Below, in pieces: positions 10,911-22,559 of a DNA stretch of 64,000 nucleotides (position 1 is the stretch's first letter; every line of letters starts with the position of its first letter). The stretch comes from Babesia bigemina (taxonomy: Eukaryota), in assembly GCF_000981445.1 (NCBI RefSeq), contig NC_027218.1, forward strand, positions 2,976,001 to 3,040,000. The letters run 5' to 3'. A model generated the notes under the pieces. The model made no database searches. It was given only the letters and a program-made list of their open reading frames with translations, and was not told where the DNA came from. A program made the position numbers and the translations under genes.

Positions 10911-13071
10911 ATGAAGCGCGTCAATACGCCGGAAGCCGAGTCTGACGACGACCAGGGCCTCAGCCTTGAATTTGAGGTATGCGATCCCGTGGCAGACGAC
11001 GCTCACGACACACCTACATGCCTGCATCAGCCAACTGAGCGCAACTAACAACATTTCAGGACGGATTCTTCGACTTTCTGGGCGACTCCAGCACCGGCGT
11101 CGGCCGCGATGGCCACGTTTCTGCGCCCAGAAGCCGCAGCGCTGCCGCCGGAGTGGCAGCTGGTGACGAGGCCACTGCCGAATCGCTGACCGGCGATAAA
11201 GCGACCGCCAGGCAGACCGCATCTGGCAAAGTCGCGGCGGATGAGCCTTCGCCCAATGCGGCTGATGGCGCTGCGACAGCTGCGAAGGGCGCAGACAGCA
11301 AGGCCGACCCCGCCATGCGCAAGCATCTGACGTCAACGTCCAATTGGTCTGACTTCGGCATCGCACGCTCACTGATCAAGGTACCATCGACCGTAGCTGC
11401 GCGCACGATACGCAGGCCGTGTTCGACATGGGCTACGAGGCCCCCAGCATCATCCAGAGCAAGGTCATCCCCGTGGCCCTTGAGGGCAAGGACCTGCTGG
11501 CCACTGCCGAGACCGGCTCCGGGAAGAGCGCGGCGTTCCTCATCCCCACGCTGCAGCGGCTCATAAATGCCGGCGTGATCAGGCAGGACAGTGGCCAGCG
11601 CACGCCGTGGCATGCGCAGCGTGTGGGCACCAAGGCGCTGATCCTGCTGCCCACCAGGGAGCTGGCTGCGCAGTGTTTCGACGTTTTCCTGGGCCTGACA
11701 AAGTACGTGAGCCAAAATGGGATGCTGCTCACCGGCGGCGTGCCGGTGAAGGACCAGGAGGCGAGGTTGCGCCGTGTGCCTTACATCGTGTTCGCGACCC
11801 CCGGCAAGGTGCTGGACATAATGCTGAACTCGAACAGCATCCACATGGACGGCATCGAGATCGTGGTGCTGGATGAGGCCGACCGGCTGCTCGACCTCGG
11901 TTTCAAGGACGAGCTCACCCAGATCCTGAAGCTGTGCAACAAGGACCGGCAGACGATGCTGTTCAGCGCTACGCTCACTGAGGCAACGAAGGAGATGGTC
12001 CCCGTGTCGCTGGTCAACCCGATTTACATCCAGGCTGCCCCGCGCATCACGGTGGCCAAGACCCTCAAGTGCGAGATGATCCAGCTGCCCAACGACGAGC
12101 TGAGGGAGGCAGCTGCGCTGTACCTGTGCAAGCAGAAGTACACTAGCCGCACCATTCTGTTCTTCCAGGTTAGCTCCGGATGAAGCCACGCCAACGCGCT
12201 GCAGACCAAAAAGGCCGCCCACAGGGCCGCCGTGGCGTTCGGCCTCGCTGGCCTGAAATGCGGCGAGCTGCACGGCGACCTATCGCAATCCAAGCGCTTC
12301 GAGCAGGTTGAAATGTGGGTTGCTCACGGCGCAGGCACGGTATCATGCTGCGCAGGTTCAAAGACGGCCGTGTCAACTTCCTCATGGCGAGCGAACTGGC
12401 CTCCAGGGGTCTGGACATCCCCGGTGTCCGTGCCGTCATCAACGTACACGTCCCTACGGACGTCGTGAGGTGGGATTAGCGCCAATATGCGTTATTTGTG
12501 CACTGAACGCAGGTTCGTCCACCGGGTCGGCAGGACAGCGCGCATGGGCGAATCGGGTACCGCCATCACGTTTTACGTGGAGAGCGAGCGGTCGGCCGTG
12601 AAAAGCATGATGAAGCGTGTGGCCGCCGAGGGCTCGGGCCTGGAAAAGCAGAAGATAAAGCTGTCGACGGCCGCGCTGAACAACTACAAGCGCAAAATCG
12701 AGGAGCTGGAGGACAAGATAAAGGAGGTGCTCATGGGAGAGCAGGTCGAGAAGGAGATGCGCAGGTGCGAGAACGTGATAAAGCACGGCAGCGAGCAGGG
12801 CAAAGAAGGTAATTTGCGCGAAGCAGCGACCCAACGTGTGTCAGAAAAGCGCATGTGGTTCCGTACCAAGCGCGAGAAGCGCGCCGCCTCCAAGAAAGAA
12901 CTGGTGGAGACGAGGCTGCGCGCAGGCCTCGAAACGGAACGGGATCCTGAGTCCCCCCCGCGTGCGCCGAAAAAAGCCGTTAAGCGGGGTGTGAATCCGC
13001 GGAATCCGCCCAAGAAGGGGGCGGCCGGCAAGGGGAGTCGCGCCGGGCGTCACCGAGCGGGTCGCCGGTGA
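10911..13071 (+). CDS. DDX27: DEAD-box RNA helicase, DDX27/DRS1 type (60S biogenesis), multi-exon
   Basis: Q motif (GYEAPSIIQ), AETGSGKS, PTRELAAQ, TPG, DEAD, FSAT, ELHGDLSQSKR and HRVGRTAR. The C-terminal KRMWF is DRS1-like. Frames are joined by short GT-AG introns. Confidence 0.88.
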
Positions 13072-13584
13072 CTGCCCGGCCACACGGCGTCGGCGGCCGC
13101 GTGTAGTCACGCCACTGACAAGAACCGGCGCCACACACGGTCCGCACTGCGGGAAAAGCCATGCGCCGCTGCGGCGTGACGGCCCACGGTGGTGTGGCAG
13201 GGCAGCGATTGTGAGGGGGCGTTCGCGCGGCCGTGCCCGCCCCTGTCCACTTTTATAGCCGTCGGTTTTACCGCGGACATAACGATAGGTGTAACAGGTG
13301 CTGTATTGGCTCCGTGGTCGATGCGCGGCCGTTTCGCGAGCGCCCGCGGATGTTCGGCGTGAGTGGTAGCAGTGGGTGTGAGGAGGTCTTGTACTCGTTG
13401 CTACGTGCGTAAAATTAGCGCCTAGTCGCCCTCCCCCGGGTGGGATGCTCTGTCTAGGGCAAGGGCCTCGCCGAGGGCAGGCTCCGCAACACGAGCGCGT
13501 CGGCTCCTACGTGTGAGATGGGCGCGCAGACCTGGCGGCACAGCAGCTGAACTTTTGTAAACTTCGCCTTCGTGTGTGGTCACC

Positions 13585-15993
13585 ATGAAGAACAACGCTG
13601 GTTATGCCGCGAACGGTTTTCAGCGGTCTGCGCCGCCGCAGCGTCGCGGCCCCTACAGCTCCTCTGAGCTCCTCGCTGAGTCTGCGAGGCAGCAGGACTT
13701 CAACCCGATTTCCAGCTCGCGGGAGATGCGGAAAATAATGTACTACGAGCACATGTTCTCCAAGCTGGACAGCCAGGACAAGAGCAAGAAGAGCACAAGC
13801 AGCAGCGCGCAGTCGTCCGCCGGGAGCTCCCTGGAGCACCGTAGCCGTGACGAGGGCGAGGTTTCCACGTCCTCGAAGGGCGCGTCTAAGAATCCCAAGC
13901 AGGGATCCGCCAGGAAGTCGTCCGCTCCCCCCGCCGCCGCGGACCACGGCTACGGAATGTACAACACCCAGAAAACCGAGAGGGGCGAAAAGGCGTCGAA
14001 GGCAGAGGATAGAGGCTCCGGGTCGCACCAGATCCCCATAGAACAGCCTGTAAAGCAGCAGCTGATGATCGCAAAACGGGATGCCATATCCATAAAAATC
14101 AAGACCCAAAGCTACAAAGCGCCGTCAACTCAAGGCTCGCAGAGCGCAGAATCGGTCCCCAAACACGAAACCGACCGCAAACCGTCCGCTGGCGGCGAGT
14201 CTGGCGTCGGCGTGGCGCGCAACCTTCTGAACGGGGTTGAGGATGGTGCTTCGCAATCCTCGTCGCCCGGCATTCACAGCATGACCGACATCGCAGGGAC
14301 GAAAATATCGAGGCTGCTTGGGATCGACCAGATTACAAACAGCTCCACGGGCCTGTCGGCCTCGCAGCGGCAGTGGCTGGTGCCGACGTTCGACTTGCGC
14401 CAAAGCGCTTCCAAGGATGGCGAACGTAAGAGCCAGTCTACGGGTTTCGATTCTGAAACGCGTATGGTGTCGTCGCTCGACAGCTCGACGGATGGTGAAT
14501 CGTCTAAGAAGGGCAGCGGCGAGGCGTCGGCCTTGCACGGCAGCCCCGGCAGCGCCCGCGAGTCTTCTGAAATTAAGATTCCGCGGGTGTCTTACCAAAA
14601 TGATACCTATACAACTCGCGTTCAGTTAAACGATGAGTCTAGGCCGCGGCGAGTCAGCCGCTTCTCAGCGCCGCTGGTACCGGCCACTTCGCATAGCGCC
14701 GATGACACCAGGATCCCGAGGCTAAAATCGGAGTTCACGAAGGATATCCTGCCGTCGCTAAGCGCCGAGCTAAAACGCGACTCTTTGGAGGCGGCGGTTC
14801 AGGGCGGTATCGACTTCCCGCCCGCGCCTGTGTACCGGCACAGCGGTTACCGTTTGCCGCAGGCGTTTCAGATAAAGGCGGTGATCCCGCCGGATCCCGC
14901 GTCCGAGCGTGAGACTGCGCAGGCATATCCGGCGTCCCAGCCCAGCGACTCCGCTGCTGACACAAGCGTCACTGCGGAGCCCGCCGAGGAGGCGCCGCAG
15001 GCCGAGAATGCCGCCGCCAGCAGCGAATCGCACGAACCGCCCGCGTCGAAGGAAGAACCGGCGGAGGTAAAGCAGGAACCCGCTTCCCAGGATGTACAAC
15101 AGGGCTATGAGTTGGAGGGCGATCAAATGGACATTATCGTGAACGAGGAGGACATGGAGATCGACGCCGTGATGAAGGACGACGTGATGGACTACGACCC
15201 CGTGGTGAAGGAGGACGAGGACGAGGAGTACATCCCCGATGTCTCTCTACCGGCTGTCGAGGCGACACCGAGCAAGAAAAGCACGCGGAGGAAGGTCAAG
15301 AAGAGGAAGGCCCCTACGCCAACGGTGACGCCTGCCGCGTCGACGCCGTTGAGTGACGCTGCTCCTCCTTCGGAATCCGCGACCCCTGACAGCACCGTCG
15401 CCGAGGAGGTTTACCCCGAGCCTCCGCCGGTCTCCAGGGTCACCCGTACCCGTGCTTCCGCCAGGAACGCGGGCAGGCGCAGGAAGGGCGGTGCTATCGC
15501 ACAAGACCAGGACCCCGACGTTCAGCCGGCTGTGAAAACCCCACGTAACGCTTCAAGGTCGTCAGGTCGTTCGGGTTCCAGCGGCTCCAGGAGAAACGCG
15601 TCGGAGTCCGCTGGCTCCAAATCGCAACACCACGGAGGCGGCCACCATGCGGGCGGCAGCGCGGCCGACCGATCGCAGAAGCCCGCCTACGCCGCTTCGC
15701 GCATCGTCAGCGTGGAGGAGGCTGAGAAGATCATGGAGCTGTACCGTCAGCACAGCGCTGACCTGGAGAGGCTGAAGAAGCTGCTGCTCGCCGGCGACCT
15801 CGCGGGGTTCGGCCGGGAGGTCGCCGAGCAGGCGGAGAGTAGTCAGCCGAAGCGTACGTGCATCCTGCACCCCAGGCTCATCGTGGCGCGTCCGGTGGAC
15901 CCGGCGCCTGCGCCCCCGAGGGAGCAGCCGCCGCAGAACCCGCTTGAGCTATCGCTAAAATACAGGCTACTGTCTAAGCTCATGAACAAGTGA
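13585..15993 (+). CDS. Hypothetical low-complexity protein (~800 aa), probably nuclear
   Basis: Long single ORF with coding-type codon usage. Ser/Ala/Glu-rich, with basic clusters (KKSTRRKVKKRK, GRRRK) and a helical C-terminus. Confidence 0.75.
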   Translation: MKNNAGYAANGFQRSAPPQRRGPYSSSELLAESARQQDFNPISSSREMRKIMYYEHMFSKLDSQDKSKKSTSSSAQSSAGSSLEHRSRDEGEVSTSSKGASKNPKQGSARKSSAPPAAADHGYGMYNTQKTERGEKASKAEDRGSGSHQIPIEQPVKQQLMIAKRDAISIKIKTQSYKAPSTQGSQSAESVPKHETDRKPSAGGESGVGVARNLLNGVEDGASQSSSPGIHSMTDIAGTKISRLLGIDQITNSSTGLSASQRQWLVPTFDLRQSASKDGERKSQSTGFDSETRMVSSLDSSTDGESSKKGSGEASALHGSPGSARESSEIKIPRVSYQNDTYTTRVQLNDESRPRRVSRFSAPLVPATSHSADDTRIPRLKSEFTKDILPSLSAELKRDSLEAAVQGGIDFPPAPVYRHSGYRLPQAFQIKAVIPPDPASERETAQAYPASQPSDSAADTSVTAEPAEEAPQAENAAASSESHEPPASKEEPAEVKQEPASQDVQQGYELEGDQMDIIVNEEDMEIDAVMKDDVMDYDPVVKEDEDEEYIPDVSLPAVEATPSKKSTRRKVKKRKAPTPTVTPAASTPLSDAAPPSESATPDSTVAEEVYPEPPPVSRVTRTRASARNAGRRRKGGAIAQDQDPDVQPAVKTPRNASRSSGRSGSSGSRRNASESAGSKSQHHGGGHHAGGSAADRSQKPAYAASRIVSVEEAEKIMELYRQHSADLERLKKLLLAGDLAGFGREVAEQAESSQPKRTCILHPRLIVARPVDPAPAPPREQPPQNPLELSLKYRLLSKLMNK

Positions 15994-16001
15994 CACTGTA
16001 T

Positions 16002-17534
16002 TTAATTTACGTGACAATAGTTACTAGCTCGTTTGACCCGCTGAGCACCGTGAATGCGGCGACCGCTCCGCCTTACCTCCACCACCGCCGAGAACACGGG
16101 CTGCTGCCGCCGTCGCCCCGATTGCAGCACCGCCTTCAGCATCGCGTCGTTCTGCATCAGCTCCAGATAGCGCCTGCGCGGGGTGACGCCGGCGCGCAAC
16201 AAAACTCACGTTCGGATGGGCCGCAGGTGCGACGATACCGCCTCGTGCAGGCGGCTCTTGAGTTCGCTGAACTGCAGCTCGGGGCGCCCGCAACCATCGG
16301 TTTCATCTACAAATCCCCCCGAGAAGAAGCGCATGAGTCGCACCAAATTCGCGATCTCCGGAGCGGCGAGGTCTGCATCACGTCAGCTTCCCCAAGCAGA
16401 TCACTACCGTGGTCGCTGGCAGTCTTGGCCGCGCGCAACTTCGTGAATATGGCCTCGTCATCGTCCGTCAGGTGTATGCGCGATGCCTCCTTGCTGTTGG
16501 ACTTGGACATCTTTTCGGCGCCGTCCAGCGAAAGCACCCTGCATCAGTCCGCACCGTGACCCGTCTACCAACCTGAACCCGCCATTGTGGTATCGCTCGG
16601 GCACCTTTACAACTGGCTGCGATATTCTCCGATTCAGCTTGTTGGCGACTTCGCGGATCAGGCCCACGTGGCACGCCTGGTCATCCCCGGCAATGATGGT
16701 GTCGCTGTCGCTGCACAGCACGTCCGCGGCCATCTGCGCACATTGAGGGAGGCCGAATCGGCCAACAACGGCCCGCACGTACACTCGACTTACCAGCAGC
16801 GGGTACAGGCACTGCCCCACGGAGTCCGACTCCTGCGCCACCACGCGTTTGGCGAAGTTGGCAAGTTTCCGCAAACGGCCTAAACCAGCCATGCACAATG
16901 TCGGTACGAACTCCACTTACCTAGTGACACTGCAGTGCCCAGAATCCAATTCAGTTCCAGGATCTCTGGGAATTGGCTCTGGAGGATCACGCTGGTCCTC
17001 TCTGGGTCAACGCCGCAGGCCAACAGGGTGGCCACAGTGCTGAGGGATTGGCGACCCAAATCGACAACGGGCTCGTCGCCTGGGCCGTTTGACAACAACC
17101 GCTGAAAACGTACCTGTGGTGGCATGCAAGTCGGCGACCATGAATACGAGCTGGCCGCCATCGTTCTGGTACTGCACGGCGGGGTGTATGCAGCCGATGT
17201 AGTTTCCGATGTGGAGGTCGCCGGTTGGCTGAACGGGATGAGCGCGTTTTCACAGTACCCAAGCAGCCACACGAACGACTCGCAACATGCACTGGTACGG
17301 CCAAAATCGTCATCAGCGTACCTGTATACCCGCGATCGCTCCCATCAGCGGGGTGCTTCGCACGGCTCCCGGGCGTGGCTGCGGCGCCAGGAAACCCGCA
17401 TATCGCCCATTAACCCTACCAGTGGACACGCATGAACATCCACGCGCGCCAAGGGAGAGCCATAGCCAAACGGTTGAGTGGAGCAGCCAAAAAAGACGCG
17501 ATGCGGTAAAGCCGCTGCTGACACGGACGCTCAT
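16002..17534 (-). CDS. trpS: Tryptophanyl-tRNA synthetase, bacterial-type, probably apicoplast-targeted, multi-exon
   Basis: Spliced [15 protein letters not shown] (HIGH), [17 protein letters not shown]...QS, YPLL|MAADVL...GDDQ..H and KMSKS. The N-terminal hydrophobic leader plus basic transit-like segment suggests bipartite apicoplast targeting. Confidence 0.88.
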
Positions 17535-18033
17535 ATGCCTACATGGGTCAATACAGGAACTGCCGACAGATGGAATCTACGACAACCCAGCGAAACGGTT
17601 GCTATTGGCTGTAGAAGATGGCTGTGGACATCCTAAGCACGGCCGACTCCACGGCCGGAGTCGCCAATCCTGCAGCCGCGCCGTGTCTCTACCGGAGCGC
17701 TGACAACGGCGTACCCGACTTTCCGATGTGCAAACTGCTTTTTGCGGAACTGTATTTAACGCCTAACCTCTGCTGACCCTCTCCACGCGCGCGCGCGTCG
17801 GCTGTCTGCGCCGACACACCGGGCAGTAGAAGGTTGGATGCCCGGGCTCAACTTCGGTCGCCGCAAACGGCAGTATCGCAGTATTGCTAATGTACAAAAT
17901 TTGTGCTTGGCGTGATCGTCGTTCCGGGCAGCTGACCGGCCTTTTGCAAATCCCGTTGTCGTCGTAACTCAGGTGACAACGACGTCCGCCAAAATCCGCG
18001 TATGGGCAGTTTGCGACAGTGAGATACGCATCG

Positions 18034-21000
18034 ATGCATATGCCCAGGAGGCGAGCGCCGCCGTTTGCGGACGGCGACGGCGTCAAGACGCCCAAACACG
18101 TTCGACGGCCGGCCCTCAGCCATTCTACCGCCAGCCGCTCTGCCATCAGCCGCTCTTCTGTCAGCAGCGCCGCCGTCAGCCATTCTACGGTAAGCCGCTC
18201 TTCCGTCAGCAGCGCTGCTATCAACCGTTCTGCCATAAGTCACTCTGCCATCAACCGTTCTGCTACCAGTCGTTCTGCCATCAGTCGCTCTACCGCCAGC
18301 CGCTCTTCCGTCAGCAGCACCGCCGCAAGCAGCGCTGCAAAGGCGAGCGGTCGCGGAGAGTCGATTCCGAAGCAACCGAGCAGCTGCGTGGACTCCAAGG
18401 CTGGCGACGTCTACGGAGTCTCGCCGCAGAGGCAGGAGGGAAGCCAACGGACGCCGCTTGTGTTCGTCAACATCCATGACAAGCGTGAGCTTTTCGTTGT
18501 TCCGCCCGACTACCCGTACAAGTACAGCTCTGCGGTGGCGGAAGGGTCGGTGGATGACATGGTGTACCCGCTGCTGCCTAAAATGGTGAGGACGCCGCGC
18601 AGGACGCTGGTGCCCTTCTGCGGACTTGGCGACTACCGGGGCGACTCCAGCATCGTGTCGCCGCTGGACACGCAGCTTTCGCAGATGGTGAAACGGGCAA
18701 TCGACAACAACGACAGGGACCTGCTCGCCGTGTCGCCCGGAAAGGACTCGATTCTGTCCCAGGTGAGCCTCGCACTGCCGCACTTGACGCCTTCGCAGGA
18801 GCATGTCAAACGCCGCAGGCACAGCCTGTTCGCCAAACAGTGGAAGCGCAACGCCATCAACGATTGCCTGTACAACTTCTACGCGTCCCGCTTCAAGGGT
18901 CGCGATGACGCCACCGTGAAAGAGAACGTCATTGCGAGCGCCGCGGGCAACGAGACAGCCCAACGCCTCATCGAGAGCGCGCTGGCGCGAAAGAGGCACG
19001 CGCCTTCTGAGCCTAAGAACGCGATGACCCGTAACTGGATCAGCTCCGGGCCCGTGTACTGCAAGTCACTCAGCGATGTGCTGAAGACCTACTACGAATA
19101 CCTCTACTCGAAGCAGGAGGGCAACGGCGTTCTGAAGCGCAAGGTGGCGGCTACGTCGCGTTACTTCTTCGAGATCCTCGCCGAAGCGAAGGACTGCGAG
19201 CGTAAAATGCGTGAGCGCGAGCTCGTCACCGAGGAGCGTCTGTACGGCAGGAAGGACTTCATTGCGGACATCGAGCGGGAAAACCAGAACAACCGCAACA
19301 GGTGCAAAAAGATGTACACGATGTACCTCCAGTGCCAGAAGAGGTGCGAAGAGATGTCGAGGCACCTGCGTGACAGGGTCGCCCAGCAGGCCGCCGCCAT
19401 GGGCCCCGGCCCCAGCCCCGCCCCCGTCCCCGTCCCCGTCCCCGAGAGGGTGCAGCCGCCCCCCGTCCGGCCAGGGCCGCACTCGGCAGCGTCGCACGAC
19501 ATCACCGAAGATACGGCGATGAACGCCGCGCACGTGCCGCAACAACAGTACGACCTGGAGGACTGCAAGACCACGGCGCCAGCGTCGGGCCCTGCGACCG
19601 GCGAGGGCGACAGGGAGGTGGGCCAGATGTCGCAGACGGCGGAACGCCTGACGCAAGCGGAGAGCAACGTGTGCCACGAGATCGTGCTTTCGTTGCCAGC
19701 GTTGCCCACCCAGGAGGACTTGGGCACGCAGAGCCGGAATGGCGGGTCCGCCTCCGCCGGCACCGCGACCCCGTCAAGGCACGACTTCTCGTGCGACACA
19801 CCTAACAGGGACAAGACGGTAATCAGCGGGCAAATGGGGTCTTCTAGCGCGTGGGATGTGGCAACCAGTGCGCAGAACCGCTCCATCCAGCTTGTCTCCT
19901 CGTGCATCCCATCTTCAAGGGTCCGGCCAAGGGAGACCCTCACCCCCACGAAACGCCTAGGCGACAGGTCCGTCACAGACTCGATCGCCAACTGCAGCAA
20001 ATCACCGTCGTCAGCCATGGCAGCGGGCTCCCGACAGGGTGGGCCGATAACCCCCTCGTTCCGGTGCAACTCCAACAGCGCCAGGGAACAGGACACGCCG
20101 TTCGCGAACCGATTGAGTTCTGTGGGCCACGTAAACAAGAGGATCTACAGTAAAATGGAGGAGAAGGGCGAACTGGAGGGCTACAGGGCGCTGCTGAGCG
20201 AGCTGAACGCGCTGCTCTTCGCAGACGGCGGCAGCGTGCTCGGGTTCAGCAAGCTGCCGCCTGCGCTGAGCTGGCTCGACGAAACCGACAACTGCCGCCC
20301 CACGGTGCCTCCAAGCCAGGAGAACTTCAGGGACGGCACTCTGTACACTACCTGCTCGTATGCTGAAATTAAGCTCATGAAGGTCCTGCAGGGCGGGATT
20401 TGTGCGCTACGGTCGAAGAACCGCAGCAAGGACATGGAGGCGGCGATCCTGCAGCAGATCATCGACGTGAACAGCGAGCTGCTGGAGCTGAAAAAGAAGC
20501 TGGACAATGGTCGTTGCGCGCTGTACAAGAAACTGAAGCGCGACTGGGCCGAGCGCAACTCTAAATGGGCGGGGTTCCCTCCGCTGAAGCGGGGCTACCG
20601 GCTGTTGAACATGCTGGGAAAGGGCGGTTTCGCGGAGGTGTGGGAGGTGCTGGACCCCATAACGCTCACCGTGCAGGCGGCGAAGCTCCACATTTTGTCC
20701 GTGGACATGAACCCCGTGGAGCGCGGTAACGTCGTCATGAGGGTGAAGAACGAGATAGACATACACAAAACGTGCCGATCGCACAAGAACATAGTGAACA
20801 TGAAGGCGTGCTTCGAGATGGGCGACAACATGCTCGCCACGATCCTCGAGCTGTGCGACGACGGCGACCTCGACCACTACATAAAGCTGCACGCGCCGGT
20901 GCCCGAGAAGCTCGCGCTGACCTGGACCTACCAGATTTTGGAGGGTCTGCACTACATGAAGACGCTGCCCGAGGGGCGTGTGCACCACTGCGACCTCAAG

Positions 21001-21559
21001 CCAGGCAACATCCTCAAGCACCGGGGGGACGTGAAGCTGGCTGACTTCGGCCTATCTAAGGTAGGCTTTCAAAGCACTAAAAGAACACAACACCGCAGAT
21101 GGTGCCCCACCATTCAACGAGGGAACTCTGGGGGGGCGGCGGCACCATCTTCTACCAGCCGCCCGAGTGCCTGCTCGCCAACTTCAGGAACAAACAGATT
21201 GTGCTCACCGACAAGATCGACATCTGGGCGGTTGGCTGCATCCTGTACGAGATGCTGTACAACGCGCGCCCGTTCGGTTTCATCGGTGGCCGGAGGTCAC
21301 TTTCGGGTACGCAGCAACACATGCAAAAACTCTTATACTGCATTACAGAGAGGATGTACCAGGCCATCCTAAGTGGCGTGAAGTTCCCGCCGAACGACCG
21401 GGTGTCTGAGGACTGCAGGGTAGGCATCCTCCGTTTCACTGTCATGATGGGCAGGATCTCATTTCAAGATTCCTTGCTTTCGAGCCCAACATGCGGCCCT
21501 CCATCGAGGAGGCCATGAGTGCCCCGGTGTTCCACGCGGAACTGTCCGGTTGCATCTGA
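18034..21559 (+). CDS. TLK: Tousled-like Ser/Thr protein kinase
   Basis: Coiled-coil followed by YRLLNMLGKGGFAEVW, AAKLH, ELCDDGDLD, HCDLKPGNIL, DFGLSK, then after an intron GGGTIFYQPPEC...KIDIWAVGCILYEMLY..RPFG. This is a TLK-like catalytic domain. The inferred last exon ends at TGA 21557-21559. Confidence 0.85.
18118..18342 (+). repeat. 15-bp coding minisatellite (~15 copies, pentapeptide S-R/H/S-S-A/T/S-I/A/V)
   Basis: agccattctaccgcc/agccgctctgccatc/agccgctcttctgtc... in the N-terminus of the kinase. Confidence 0.92.
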
Positions 21560-21568
21560 GGCTGTCGC

Positions 21569-22183
21569 CTACGTCTCGAACACTTGACTTAACGGTATTT
21601 CGGCGGTCTTGTGCTGCGGCGCCGAGTACGCGTACCGCCCCTCGAGTCCGGCCTCTGCGCTCCTCGTCGTCGCCTTACGCGCGGCGTGAGCTTGGTTGGC
21701 GTACGCAGCTCCGGCGCGCGACTGTAGGCGGTGTAGGCTCAGGTTGCTCATGCGCTGCCGCGCGACTCCATAAATGCGATGTCCCACCCGCTGGTACCAC
21801 GTCGCGTACCCGCGGTACAGACACAGACAGCGTTCTACGTCGTGGTGATCCCCTACCTCCGGCGTTGCGATATCTTGCTGCGGCAGGCGGAACAGCGCCT
21901 GCACCGATTGTCGAACGCTCTCCGCTGTGACCTCGTTGCTGTGCGATGCGTGCGCACGCTGCATCGCCGTGGAGAGCACGAGCTTGCAGTACGACTCGAA
22001 CGTGTAGGCCAAGCACCGGTCCACGCTGCGGCACCACGACACCGAATCTGATTCAATCATGTCCGAGATGTCTTCAGACAGCTGCGGGGGTCCGTCGCAG
22101 TCGCCGAGGGGCGCTGAAGCCTCGACCTGCTCCAGGTGCCAGCGCACGTAGTCCTTCAAAATCTGGTTGCTCATCGCGCGCAC
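21569..22183 (-). CDS. Hypothetical protein with a candidate histone-fold domain (5' end unresolved)
   Basis: ORF preceded by a TTGCAG acceptor. Helix pattern VDRCLAYTFESYCKLVLSTAMQRAHASHSNEVTAESVRQSVQALF. Confidence 0.55.
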   Translation of the reverse strand: MRAMSNQILKDYVRWHLEQVEASAPLGDCDGPPQLSEDISDMIESDSVSWCRSVDRCLAYTFESYCKLVLSTAMQRAHASHSNEVTAESVRQSVQALFRLPQQDIATPEVGDHHDVERCLCLYRGYATWYQRVGHRIYGVARQRMSNLSLHRLQSRAGAAYANQAHAARKATTRSAEAGLEGRYAYSAPQHKTAEIPLSQVFET

Positions 22184-22559
22184 TGCAACACATCGTCACG
22201 ATGTCCGGCAGCTTTGCCGCGGAAATCCGACGCTATCGGCCGCCGCCGAACCGCGACGACCAGGGCAGACCACCAACCGAAGACGCGCGCTTTTCCGCGT
22301 GCGACAGAGGCCACCAGACAAACGTAGGATCGGCCTTGCAGCGCGCTTATGGGAGGGCGTTGCGAATAAGCATCGAGTCTACTGCCCGCCTGACCGCGAC
22401 CCGCGGCGCATGGAATGTGCAGACACACATTGGGCGAGATCACACGAAGTCGCGCCGCCGTCAAAATGCTCGCGTCAGCTTCGACGGCCTCCACATGAAT
22501 AGAAGCACAGCGGCACGTAAGGCTGCCCTTACGCCGGCAGCGCCCAAACGACCTCAACC

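Noticed and set aside
11056..12273. 405-aa minus-strand ORF over the DEAD-box helicase (similarly 9627-10694, 17887-18999, 23464-24537)
   Set aside because: Shadow ORFs of well-supported plus-strand genes.
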